This document shows positions 9,100 to 18,030 of a stretch of 57,510 nucleotides of DNA, one piece after another. The first letter of the stretch is position 1, and every line of letters begins with the position of its first letter. This DNA comes from Pseudomonadota bacterium (GTDB taxonomy: Bacteria > Pseudomonadota > Alphaproteobacteria > Rhodobacterales > Rhodobacteraceae): NCBI GenBank assembly GCA_021813645.1, contig JAKAJW010000158.1, positions 1-57,510 of the forward strand. The letters are read 5' to 3'. The notes beneath the pieces were generated by a model, which saw only the letters and a program-made list of their open reading frames with translations, was not told the origin of the DNA and made no database searches. The translations under genes and the position numbers were made by a program.

Positions 9100-9360
9100 G
9101 ACATCGACGGTCTCGCGGGCGCGGGCGATATCCCAGGCGCGCTGCAGGTTCATCCAGTATTCCGGCGTGGTGCCAAAGAACTTCGCGAGCCGCATCGCGC
9201 TGTCCACGGTGAGCGCGGTCTCGCCCTTCACCAGGCGTTCGATCCGCGTGCGGGGAACATGCAGATGCCTGGCAAGGGCAATCGGGCTCATCCCCAGGGG
9301 GTCAAGATACAGCTCCGCCAGAACTTCGCCAGGGTGAGAAGGGTTCTTCATCAGTGTCAT
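9070..9360 (-). CDS. higA: HigA family antitoxin
   Basis: 96 aa, HPGEVL...LARHLHVPRTRI...AMRLAKFFGTTPEYWMNLQ. Confidence 0.93.
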   Translation of the reverse strand: MTLMKNPSHPGEVLAELYLDPLGMSPIALARHLHVPRTRIERLVKGETALTVDSAMRLAKFFGTTPEYWMNLQRAWDIARARETVDVSDITPLQAA

Positions 9361-9371
9361 CTCGCGCCCTT

Positions 9372-9653
9372 TCAATGATAGTCGACGATCTCGACATCGG
9401 CCGGCCCCTGATCGGTCCACACGAAGCAGATGCGCCACTGGCCGCCCACCCGCACCGAGTGCTGCCCCGCCCGGTCGCCCTTCAGTTCCTCGAGATGATT
9501 GCCCGGTGGAAACCGGAGATCTTCGAGGACCACGGCGGCATCGAGTGCCGACAGCATCGCCCGCGTTCGCTTGACCAGGTCGGCCGGGAAACCCTTGCCG
9601 AACCGGTCTTCCACCGCGTTCGCCGCGAGCTTGCCCTTCGTGCTGACGATCAT
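9372..9653 (-). CDS. higB: HigB (RelE/ParE superfamily) toxin
   Basis: 93 aa, DLRFPPGNHLEELKGDRAGQHSVRV..QWRICFVW...VEIVDYH; toxin precedes antitoxin. Confidence 0.93.
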   Translation of the reverse strand: MIVSTKGKLAANAVEDRFGKGFPADLVKRTRAMLSALDAAVVLEDLRFPPGNHLEELKGDRAGQHSVRVGGQWRICFVWTDQGPADVEIVDYH

Positions 9654-9658
9654 GTTGC

Positions 9659-9687
9659 TATGTATCACGCCGTGATACGTCACACAA
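9659..9687 (-). promoter_or_regulatory. higBA promoter with palindromic operator
   Basis: Minus strand TTGTGT-N17-TACATA, 5 nt from the ATG; perfect inverted repeat GTATCAC-gcc-GTGATAC at 9662-9678. Confidence 0.7.
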
Positions 9688-9743
9688 GGGGTCTGGCGCG
9701 GCGTGCGCTCCGCTGACCCTTCCTTCATCAGGAACCTGACCCA

Positions 9744-12239
9744 ATGGCTGAAAAGCGCGTCTCTGTTCGCCTTGCCGCGGTGGGCGGCCGGCAGGTGCGG
9801 GCCGAGCTCGAGGGCATCGGCACGGCCGGGGCCAAGGGCTTCGGTCGGCTCTCGGCCGAGATGGAGGCGGCGAATGCCCGGCTGGCCGCATTCTCGCGGA
9901 AGGTGGCGATCGCTGCGGGTGCGGCGGTGGCGGCGGCTGCCGCGGCGGGCGTCGCAATGGTGCGCTCGGGGCTCGAGACGGTCGATGCGCAGGCCAAGCT
10001 CGCGCAGTCGCTCGGCACCACGGTGGCCTCGATCCAGGTCCTGGCGCGCGCGGGCGATCTTGCGGGCGTCGCGATGTCGGGGATCGAACAGGCGACGAAG
10101 GATCTCACGCGCCGGCTGAGCCAGGCGGCGGCAGGTGGCGGTCCTGCGGCGCAGGCGCTCGACCGGCTCGGGCTCTCCGCCAAGGGCCTGCTGGCCCTGC
10201 CGCTCGACGAACGGGTGGGCGCGATCAACGCGGCCATCGCGAAGTTCGTGCCGGTGGCCGAGCGCGCCGCGGTGGCAGGCCAGCTCTTCGGCGAGGAAGG
10301 CTCGATCGCGATGAGCCGGATCGACACGGCCACGCTGCGCCAGGCGACCGAGGACGTTACGGCCTTCGGGGTGGTGGTGTCCGAGCAGGATGCCGACCAG
10401 ATCGAACGGACGAACGACGCGATCTCGCGGCTCGGTCTCGTCTGGACCGGGCTCTCGAACCAGCTCGCCGTTGCCGCGGCCCCGGCGCTCGAGGCGGTGG
10501 CCAATGCGCTGGCGGCGCTCGCGAGCCGCACCGGCCCGCTCGGGATCGCGATCCGCGGCCTCTTCGACAACATCGGCTGGCTTCTCGCCTATGCCGGCGC
10601 TTTCGCCGCCGTCCTCGGCGGGCGCTGGGTCGCGGGGCTCGCCGCGGCGGCGCTGTCGGTCCGCGGGCTCGCGACCGCGCTCGTGGTGATGCGCGGGGCA
10701 CTGATCCGCACCGGCATCGGCGCGCTGATCGTCGGCGCGGGGGAACTCGTGTTCCAGTTCGCGCGCCTCGTGCAGGGCGCGGGCGGGTTCGGCGCGGCGC
10801 TCGGGCTTCTCGGCGATCTCGCCGCCGAGGTCTGGGACCGGCTTGGCAGCGGCGCCGGGGCTGTCGGCGCCACCGTGATGGCGGCGATGGCCGATCTTGA
10901 GGCCGGGATCGCCGATGCCCTGCAGGCGGCGCTCGAGGCGGTCACCGGCTTTGCCAATCGCACGATCCAGACCTTCGACGGCGCGCTGAAGGCCGTGGGC
11001 GCGCTCTGGGGCGCCTTGCCGGGGCTCATTGGCGATCTGGCCTTTCAGGCGGCCAATGCGCTCATCGCCGGGGTCGAGGCGATGCTGAACGGTGTCGTCT
11101 CGCGGATCAACGGCTTCGTCGGCGGGATCAATGCGGCCCTCGAGGCACTCGGCTCCGAGCGGCGGATCACGCTCCTGCCCGAGGTCGATCTCGGCCGGAT
11201 CGCGAACCGCTTCGAGGGTGCCGGCAAGGACGCCGCGGAAGCCGCCCGCACCGCCTTCGAGAGCGCCTTCGCGGCGGCCCCCCTGTCTGTGCCCGATCTC
11301 GGGCTAGGTGCCGCGGCCGACAGCGCGCGCGCCACGGCCGAGGGCTGGCGGCAGACGGCAGCGACACTCGGCGAGGCCGCCCGGGCGCCGCTTGCCTCGA
11401 TCGGCGCGCTGACGACCGCGCTCGATGCCGCCTCCGCTTCGGCGGACCGGCTCCTCGCTCCGAACCCGCCGCCCGGCAGCGGCACGACAGACGCGCTCGA
11501 CGCCGCCTCGTTCGCCGCGGGACGCGCTGGCAGGGCGATGAAGGGCGCGGCCGAGACGGCGAGCGCGGCCTGGAAAGCGGCGCAGGCGGCGCTCGAACGC
11601 ACGAAGGAAATCGCGCAAGGTCTGGTCGAGGACATCACCGGCCCCATCAAGGACGCGCTCAAGTCGGGCGAGATCAGCTGGCAGAGCTTCGCGGGCGCCA
11701 TCTCGGGGATCGCGCGGAACCTCGCGAACCGGCTGATCGACACGGCCTTCAAGCCGATCGAGGATGCGATCGTCCGCGCCTTCTCGGGGACCGGCACGGG
11801 TGGTGGCGGGGGCGGCCTCTTCGGCTGGCTCACCTCGGCGATCGGCGGCCTCTTCGGGATCGGCGGGGCCTACGCGAACGGCGGCGCCTTCGGACCAGGA
11901 GGCGAGATCACTGCCTTCGCGACGGGCGGCGTGCTTTCCGGCGGGATCGTCACGCGGCCGACGGTCTTCCCCTTTGCCCGAGGCATCGGGCTCATGGGCG
12001 AAGCCGGGCCCGAGGCGATCCTGCCCCTGCGCCGCGGCCCGGGCGGGCGGCTCGGGGTCGAGGCGGGCGGCGCCACGCCACCGGCCGCACCGGCGCAGGT
12101 TACCCCAACCGTGTCCGTCACCCCACGGATCGTCAACGTGCTCGACCCCGCGCTGGTCGGCGACTATCTCGCCACGCCTGCCGGCGAGAAGGCCATCGTC
12201 AACGTGATCCGCCGCAACCGGGGTGCCTTCGATGGCTGA
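9744..12239 (+). CDS. tail tape measure protein
   Basis: 831 aa, Ala/Gly-rich and helical; C-terminal FATGG...GLMGEAGPEAILPL motif. Confidence 0.92.
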   Translation: MAEKRVSVRLAAVGGRQVRAELEGIGTAGAKGFGRLSAEMEAANARLAAFSRKVAIAAGAAVAAAAAAGVAMVRSGLETVDAQAKLAQSLGTTVASIQVLARAGDLAGVAMSGIEQATKDLTRRLSQAAAGGGPAAQALDRLGLSAKGLLALPLDERVGAINAAIAKFVPVAERAAVAGQLFGEEGSIAMSRIDTATLRQATEDVTAFGVVVSEQDADQIERTNDAISRLGLVWTGLSNQLAVAAAPALEAVANALAALASRTGPLGIAIRGLFDNIGWLLAYAGAFAAVLGGRWVAGLAAAALSVRGLATALVVMRGALIRTGIGALIVGAGELVFQFARLVQGAGGFGAALGLLGDLAAEVWDRLGSGAGAVGATVMAAMADLEAGIADALQAALEAVTGFANRTIQTFDGALKAVGALWGALPGLIGDLAFQAANALIAGVEAMLNGVVSRINGFVGGINAALEALGSERRITLLPEVDLGRIANRFEGAGKDAAEAARTAFESAFAAAPLSVPDLGLGAAADSARATAEGWRQTAATLGEAARAPLASIGALTTALDAASASADRLLAPNPPPGSGTTDALDAASFAAGRAGRAMKGAAETASAAWKAAQAALERTKEIAQGLVEDITGPIKDALKSGEISWQSFAGAISGIARNLANRLIDTAFKPIEDAIVRAFSGTGTGGGGGGLFGWLTSAIGGLFGIGGAYANGGAFGPGGEITAFATGGVLSGGIVTRPTVFPFARGIGLMGEAGPEAILPLRRGPGGRLGVEAGGATPPAAPAQVTPTVSVTPRIVNVLDPALVGDYLATPAGEKAIVNVIRRNRGAFDG

Positions 12240-13908
12240 GCTCTGGCCCTTCGCCGCCCATGGCCCCGTCGGCGAGGTTCTGGAATGGCGCACGGATGTG
12301 CTGCAATCGGCGGCCGCCGAACAGCGCCTCGCGCTCCGCGCCGCCCCGCACGAGACGCTGACCCTGACCCACCGGCTCGACGCCGCGGGGCTGGCGCAGG
12401 CGCTTGCCATCGCCCGCCGAGGCATGGGATCGGACTGGATCGTGCCGCTCTGGCAGATGGCAGCGCGGACGGTGTCTGACCCGCAGGCGGGCGACACCAC
12501 GCTCGCTGTGGATACCCTTTCGGCCGACTACCGCGCCCCGGGATTTGCCGTCCTCGCGACAGCGGGCGGCCCGGCGCAACTCGTCGAGATCGCTGCGGTG
12601 CGCCCGGACGGCCTCGATCTCGCCGCCCCGCTGCCGGCGGGCCTTGTGGCCCCCGTCGTCGCCCCGGCCCGCGCCGGCCGCCTCCTGGCCCCGCTCGACA
12701 TCTCCCGCACCCGGGCGGGGCTCGCGACGGTCACCGCGCGGTTCCTGCTGGGCGATCCCGCTGATCTCTCGGGGCTGCGCGGCACCGCGCTCTATGTCGC
12801 CATCGACACCAGCGGGTCGATGGCCGGGACCAAGATCGCCGCCGCCGTCGCCGCGGTGCAGGCGCTTCTGGGCGAACTCGGCGCCAGCGTGCCGCCAGTC
12901 CTGCGGAACGACCTCTGCCTCGTCCTCTGGAATGCCACCGTCTCGGGCATGGAGATCCGCCGCGACGCGGACCAGGCCGATTGCGCGGCGCTCGCCGCCT
13001 GGCTTGCCGCCTCGGCCGCAGCCGGTGGCGGCACCGACTTCGCCGTGGCGCTCGGACCGGCGCCCGACTTCTTCGCGGGCGCGGGGACCAAGCGGCGGGT
13101 GATGCTGTTCCTGACCGATGGCGAGCCCTCGCCGACAAGTTCGGCTGCGGCGGCGGTGGCGCTGCGCGATACGATCGCCGACCTCGAGGTCTTCGGCTTC
13201 AACATCGAGCTCGCCAACACGACCTGGACGGCGATGCTCGACACCACGCCCAGCGACGGCGTGCCGGTCATCGCCCCGGGCGACACTGGGGCGCTGCGGG
13301 ACACCCTTCTCGGCGCGCTCTTCGGCCTGCCACGGCATCTGGGCCATGACGTGCTGATCGACCCGAGCCTCCTGCGGCAGCCGCTGGCGGAGACACTGGC
13401 GCACCCCGTCGAGGCGGTCGAGAGCGGACTCGGGCCTGTCGCCTTCGAGCCGCTGCGCGATCTTGTCGCCCGGGGATCGATGATCACCCTGAAGGACCGG
13501 CGCCCCGCCGCCGCCTGGACCCGGCGGCGCTGGCTGCATCGCCTCCGCGGTCGCACCGGCGCCTTCTGGCTGCCGAGCTGGGGCCGGGAACTGACCCTGC
13601 TGGCCCCGGCCGCGCCGGGCGATACCGAGCTGCTCGTCGCCGCCGGTCTCGATCCCGCCGAGTGGCTCGGCCGGTCGGTGCTCTTCGATCTGCCGGACGG
13701 GCCGCTGATCCGGAGCATCACCGCCGCCATCTACGACGCGCTCGGGCTCCGTCTGACCGTCGGCGCACTCGACCGGGCGCTGCCGGTGACGACGCCCGGC
13801 CATCTCCTGACGCTCTCCCGCCTCGACACCGACCGGATCGAGATCGACCACCGGCCAGGCGGCGCCGAGCTGAGCCTCGCCACGCTCGAAGCCCCGGACC
13901 CGGTCTGA
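12232..13908 (+). CDS. distal tail/baseplate protein with an inserted von Willebrand A domain
   Basis: EVLEWRTDV...EQRLALR N-terminus and LRGRTGAFWLPSW C-terminus flank a MIDAS motif DTSGS (12805-12819)...GGTDF...FLTDGEP. Confidence 0.82.
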   Translation: MAELWPFAAHGPVGEVLEWRTDVLQSAAAEQRLALRAAPHETLTLTHRLDAAGLAQALAIARRGMGSDWIVPLWQMAARTVSDPQAGDTTLAVDTLSADYRAPGFAVLATAGGPAQLVEIAAVRPDGLDLAAPLPAGLVAPVVAPARAGRLLAPLDISRTRAGLATVTARFLLGDPADLSGLRGTALYVAIDTSGSMAGTKIAAAVAAVQALLGELGASVPPVLRNDLCLVLWNATVSGMEIRRDADQADCAALAAWLAASAAAGGGTDFAVALGPAPDFFAGAGTKRRVMLFLTDGEPSPTSSAAAAVALRDTIADLEVFGFNIELANTTWTAMLDTTPSDGVPVIAPGDTGALRDTLLGALFGLPRHLGHDVLIDPSLLRQPLAETLAHPVEAVESGLGPVAFEPLRDLVARGSMITLKDRRPAAAWTRRRWLHRLRGRTGAFWLPSWGRELTLLAPAAPGDTELLVAAGLDPAEWLGRSVLFDLPDGPLIRSITAAIYDALGLRLTVGALDRALPVTTPGHLLTLSRLDTDRIEIDHRPGGAELSLATLEAPDPV

Positions 13909-13944
13909 GCCGACAGCCCGCGACGACAAGGAACCCGCCTCGAC

Positions 13945-14796
13945 ATGCCAACTTACGACGATCTCGAGACATCGACCGCCGAGGGGCGGCCGTTCTTTCT
14001 TTACCGCTTCGCCGAAGGGAGCGACCTCTGGCGCTTCACCAGCCGGGCCACGGACTGGGTGGTGCCCGCGGGCACGCTGGCCGACGAGGCGGGCGCGATG
14101 ACCTGGACCGCATCGCCCCTCTCCCACGGCAATGTCGTCCAGAGCGGCGATCCGCGCCGGGTGGACCTTGCACTGACCTTTCCCTTGTCCGATCCCTTCG
14201 CCCGGCGCTGGCTCGGGCCCCGCGGCGGGACCGTCACCACGCTCACGATCTTCCGCGGCCACGAGCAGGTGCCGGGCGAGCTTGTCGCGCACTGGAAGGG
14301 CCGGATCGTCTCGGCGCGCGTCGAGGGGGTGCGGATCACGCTGCAGGCGGAGTCGCTCTTCACCGCGCTCCGCCGCCAGGGCGTGCGTGCCCGCTACCAG
14401 CGGCTCTGTCGCCATGTGCTCTATGCCGGCGGCTGCCGGCTCGCCCTCGCGGACTTCCTCGTGCCCGCGACGGTCACCGCCCGCGCCGGGCTGACCCTGA
14501 CGGTGCCGGAGGCAGCGGCCCGCCCCGATGGCTGGTACCGCGGCGGCATCCTGCGCCATGCCGGAGTGCCGGGCTTCGTGGTCGGGCATGCGGGCACAAG
14601 CCTGACGCTTGCGGGCCTGATGCCCGGACTGGAAGCGGCGGTGGATGCGGGCACCGGGCCTGTCGCCATCGAGATCGCCCCCGGCTGCGATCTGCGCCGC
14701 GACACCTGTGCGGGCCGGTTCGGCAACCTTCTGAACTTCGGCGGCTTTCCGGACATCCCGGGCCGCAATCCCTTCGGCGGCAGCAGTATCGTCTGA
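13945..14796 (+). CDS. BR0599/DUF2163-family baseplate hub protein
   Basis: C-x-H-x-LY...C and C-terminal PGCD....TC..RFGNLLNFGGFP.IP..NPF. Confidence 0.9.
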   Translation: MPTYDDLETSTAEGRPFFLYRFAEGSDLWRFTSRATDWVVPAGTLADEAGAMTWTASPLSHGNVVQSGDPRRVDLALTFPLSDPFARRWLGPRGGTVTTLTIFRGHEQVPGELVAHWKGRIVSARVEGVRITLQAESLFTALRRQGVRARYQRLCRHVLYAGGCRLALADFLVPATVTARAGLTLTVPEAAARPDGWYRGGILRHAGVPGFVVGHAGTSLTLAGLMPGLEAAVDAGTGPVAIEIAPGCDLRRDTCAGRFGNLLNFGGFPDIPGRNPFGGSSIV

Positions 14797-14823
14797 CCCG
14801 CTCCTCCCTGACGGACTCCCCCC

Positions 14824-15072
14824 ATGGTCTGGAACTTCCTCGTCCAGATCGTCGCGAGCCTCGTGCTCACGGCGATCTCCTATGTGCTGGCCCCGCGGCC
14901 GAAGACCACGCCGCCCAAGGCCGCGGGGCTCGACGACCTCACCCTGCCGACGGCCGAGGAGGGCCGGGCGATTCCGGTCGTCTTCGGCACGGTGCTCCTG
15001 CGCGGCGCCAATGTGGTCTGGGCCGGTGATCTGAAGGTCGATCCGATCCGCAAATCCGGAGGCAAGAAGTAA
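14824..15072 (+). CDS. small tail assembly protein
   Basis: 82 aa, PTAEEGRAIPVVFGT...NVVWAGD. Confidence 0.8.
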   Translation: MVWNFLVQIVASLVLTAISYVLAPRPKTTPPKAAGLDDLTLPTAEEGRAIPVVFGTVLLRGANVVWAGDLKVDPIRKSGGKK

Positions 15073-15293
15073 TGACCCGCGTCACCGTCCAGGACCTGCG
15101 CGCCTCCCGGCTCTGCTTTCAGGGCGCGCGGCCCTGGTTCCGCCGCCACGGGCTCGACTGGCAGGCCTTCCTCGCCACCGGGCTTGACGCCGAGGTGCTG
15201 CGCGCCACTGGCGATGCGCTGGCGTTGCGGGTGATCGCCATCGCCGAGGCGCGCGAGGCGGCAGAAGCCGGGCGGGAGCCCAGCAATGGGTAG
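15072..15293 (+). CDS. small tail-module protein
   Basis: 73 aa, C..GAR.WF.RHGLDW..FL..G...TGDALA; TAATG coupling to the upstream gene. Confidence 0.78.
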   Translation: MTRVTVQDLRASRLCFQGARPWFRRHGLDWQAFLATGLDAEVLRATGDALALRVIAIAEAREAAEAGREPSNG

Positions 15294-18009
15294 CCGCGGG
15301 TCCTCCTCCCAGATCGTCGGCTACCGCTATTCCCTCGGCGCGCATCTCGCCCTCTGCCACGGCCCGGTCGATGCCATCCGCGAGATCCGCGTCGATGACC
15401 GGGTGGCCTGGGCGCTGGGCGACGGGACCACCACTGGCGGCGGGGTCGGTGCCACCCAGGTGCTGGGCACCTTCGCCAGCGTCAGCGCGGTGCCGGCGAG
15501 CGGCGTGGCGACGACGGCGCGGGTCGAGATCGCCTCCGCAGCTGGCCTGTCTGGCCTCTCCATCGGCCAGTCCCTCGATCTCGCGCTGCAGAGTGACGGC
15601 GTCACGCGGCGGATCGCGGTGCAGGGCATCGGCCATGACGCGGGCGCGGGGCTCACCACGCTCGCCGTCACTCCGGCAAGCCTCGCCTTCGCCGCCCAGC
15701 CGGTGACGATCACCACCGTCGCCGAGGGCGCAAGCACCGCCGATGGTGTGAGCCGCATCCGCATCGATCAGCCCGACCTCTTCGGCGGCGAAAGCCGCGA
15801 GGGCGGGATCGTCGGCGAGATCGACCTGCTGCTCGGCGGCCCCGATCAGGGCGCGAACGACTATTTCGCCGCGCGCGCGGGCGCTGCGGTGCCGGGTTTC
15901 CGCGGCATCTGCTCCCTGGTCCTGCGGCAGGTCTATCTCGGCCTCAACCCCTATCTGAAGCCCTGGGCCGTACGCCTCACCCGTGTGCTGTCGGCCGAGG
16001 ACGGGGCCGCGCAATGGTATCCCGAGACGGCGGAGATCGCGCCGCCCGACCCGGCGCTCGGGCCAATTCTGGGGCCCGACATGAACCCCGCCCATATCCT
16101 GCGCGAATGCCTGACCAACCGCGCCTGGGGCCTCGGTTACGGCGAGGCCGATATCGGCCCGAGCTTCACCGCCGCGGCCGACCGGCTTCATGCCGAGGGC
16201 TTCGGCCTCTCGCTCCTCTGGCAGACCGACGCCAGCCTCGAGGAGTTCCTCGGCGACATCCTCCATCACATCGACGCCCAGCTTTACGTCGACCGCGGGA
16301 CCGGGCGCTGGGAGGTCCGGCTCATCCGCGACGATTACGATCCCGCAACGCTCCCCGTCTTCGACGACAGCAATGTCCTCGACTGGGGCGAGCTCGGCCG
16401 GCGCGAGGCGGCGGACCTCGTCAATTCCGTCACCGTCACCTTCTCGGACGCCCGCACCGATGCGACCGGCTCGGTCAGCGTCACCGACACCGCCCGGGTC
16501 CAGCTGATGGGCCAGGTCATCGCCACCACCGTCGATTACCCGGGCGTCCGCCACGAGGCGCTGGCCGTCCGGCTTGCCGAGCGCGACCTGCGCGCCCTCT
16601 CGGCGCCGCTCCTGACCGGCGAGATCACCGTGAACCGGCAGGGCGCAAGCCTCGATCCCGGCGATGCGATCCGGCTCGAGAACCCCCGCCGCGGGCTCGA
16701 GGGCGTCATCGCCCGGGTGGTCGAGATCGACCATGGCGACGGGCGCGACAACGGTGTGCGGCTCCGCATCGTCGAAGACGCCTTCGCGCTGGCCGCCACC
16801 GCGCTCGTCGGCGGCGACGGGGGCGCGGTGACCTCGTCCTTCGTCGCGGCGCCGAAGCCGCTCGCGCGGCGGCTGGTCGCGGAGGCGCCCTACTGGCTCA
16901 TCGTGCAGGAGCTCGGCCACGCCCAGGCGGATGCGGAACTTGGCTCCGACCCCGATGCCGGGGCGCTGATGGCCGTGGGCGAGCGGCCCTCGTCGGACGC
17001 GCTGACCGCGCAGGTCTGGATCGATGCGGGCACGGGCTTCACGGCCGACGATCCCGCGGGCTTCGTGCCGACGGCCGTGCTCGACGCCGACCTCTCCGAC
17101 GATCCGGAGGCGACCCTCGTTGCCGTGCGCGACTGGACCGGGCTCGCCGATCTGGTGACCGGAACCTTGGCCTCGATCAGCGACGAGTTCGTCCGCATCG
17201 ACGGGATCAGCGCCGACACGCTGACCGTCGCCCGCGGCTGCCTCGACACCGTCCCCGAGGCCCATGCCGCCGGCACGCCCGTGATCTGCTGGCAGAGTGC
17301 GGCGCGGCCGACGCGGACCTCCTACCTCGCGGGCGAGACCATATCCGTGAAGCTCCTGCCCCAGACCGGGCTCGGCACCCTGCCGCTGGCGCAGGCGCCC
17401 GCCGACGCGGTGACGCTCGCCTCCCGCGCCATCCGGCCCCTGCCGCCCGGGCGGCTCCAGGCCGACGGGCTCTGGCTCCGGACGCTCGCCACCCCGGCCG
17501 CAACACTCACCTGGGCGCATCGCGACCGGCTGAGCCAGACCAGCGCGGTCTTCGACGGCTACACCGCCGGCGATATCGGCCCCGAGCCCGGCGTCGCCTA
17601 CGAGATCCGCATCCACTGGGTCGATCCCGACACGGAGGCCACGCTGGAACCGGCCGCGGTGGTGATCCCCGCCGGGCAGGCCACCGGCTGGAGCCTGACC
17701 GATGCCGACTATCCCGAGCCGCCGCTTGGCGTGGAACTTGCGGCGATCCGGGTGCGGGCCACGCGCGATGGATATGACGACCGCGCCTTCCGCGAGCTCC
17801 GCGTGAGCCTCGGCGGCAAGGTCCAGGTCGGCGGCCAGGAACTGCTGGTCCTCTGCGCCGGGCCGGGGATCGACCTTCTGGCGCAGGACCTCGTGCTCCT
17901 CGCCGCCGGTCCGGGCGTCGATGTCCCGCATCTTGCCCTGATCCTCGACGCCCGCGCGCCGGGGCTCGGCGTCATCCACCAGGAGCTCGTTCTCGAGGCC
18001 GCGCCCTGA
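15286..18009 (+). CDS. tail tip / central fibre protein
   Basis: 907 aa, GYRYSLG.H..LCHGPVD, DLFGGESREGG, NPYLKPW, DMNPAHILRECLT, RGCLDTVP..H.AG. Confidence 0.88.
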   Translation: MGSRGSSSQIVGYRYSLGAHLALCHGPVDAIREIRVDDRVAWALGDGTTTGGGVGATQVLGTFASVSAVPASGVATTARVEIASAAGLSGLSIGQSLDLALQSDGVTRRIAVQGIGHDAGAGLTTLAVTPASLAFAAQPVTITTVAEGASTADGVSRIRIDQPDLFGGESREGGIVGEIDLLLGGPDQGANDYFAARAGAAVPGFRGICSLVLRQVYLGLNPYLKPWAVRLTRVLSAEDGAAQWYPETAEIAPPDPALGPILGPDMNPAHILRECLTNRAWGLGYGEADIGPSFTAAADRLHAEGFGLSLLWQTDASLEEFLGDILHHIDAQLYVDRGTGRWEVRLIRDDYDPATLPVFDDSNVLDWGELGRREAADLVNSVTVTFSDARTDATGSVSVTDTARVQLMGQVIATTVDYPGVRHEALAVRLAERDLRALSAPLLTGEITVNRQGASLDPGDAIRLENPRRGLEGVIARVVEIDHGDGRDNGVRLRIVEDAFALAATALVGGDGGAVTSSFVAAPKPLARRLVAEAPYWLIVQELGHAQADAELGSDPDAGALMAVGERPSSDALTAQVWIDAGTGFTADDPAGFVPTAVLDADLSDDPEATLVAVRDWTGLADLVTGTLASISDEFVRIDGISADTLTVARGCLDTVPEAHAAGTPVICWQSAARPTRTSYLAGETISVKLLPQTGLGTLPLAQAPADAVTLASRAIRPLPPGRLQADGLWLRTLATPAATLTWAHRDRLSQTSAVFDGYTAGDIGPEPGVAYEIRIHWVDPDTEATLEPAAVVIPAGQATGWSLTDADYPEPPLGVELAAIRVRATRDGYDDRAFRELRVSLGGKVQVGGQELLVLCAGPGIDLLAQDLVLLAAGPGVDVPHLALILDARAPGLGVIHQELVLEAAP
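17821..18006 (+). repeat. four 16-codon degenerate repeats at the tail-tip C-terminus
   Basis: VQVGGQELLVLCAGPG / IDLLAQDLVLLAAGPG / VDVPHLALILDARAPG / LGVIHQELVLEAAP, at a 48-nt period. Confidence 0.75.
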
Positions 18010-18030
18010 CCGCAAACGCTGGAGACCCCC

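Noticed and set aside
9089-9337. + strand ORF MMSETSTV with a good-looking RBS
   Set aside because: Fully antisense to higA; at most a vestige of the gene junction before HigBA inserted.
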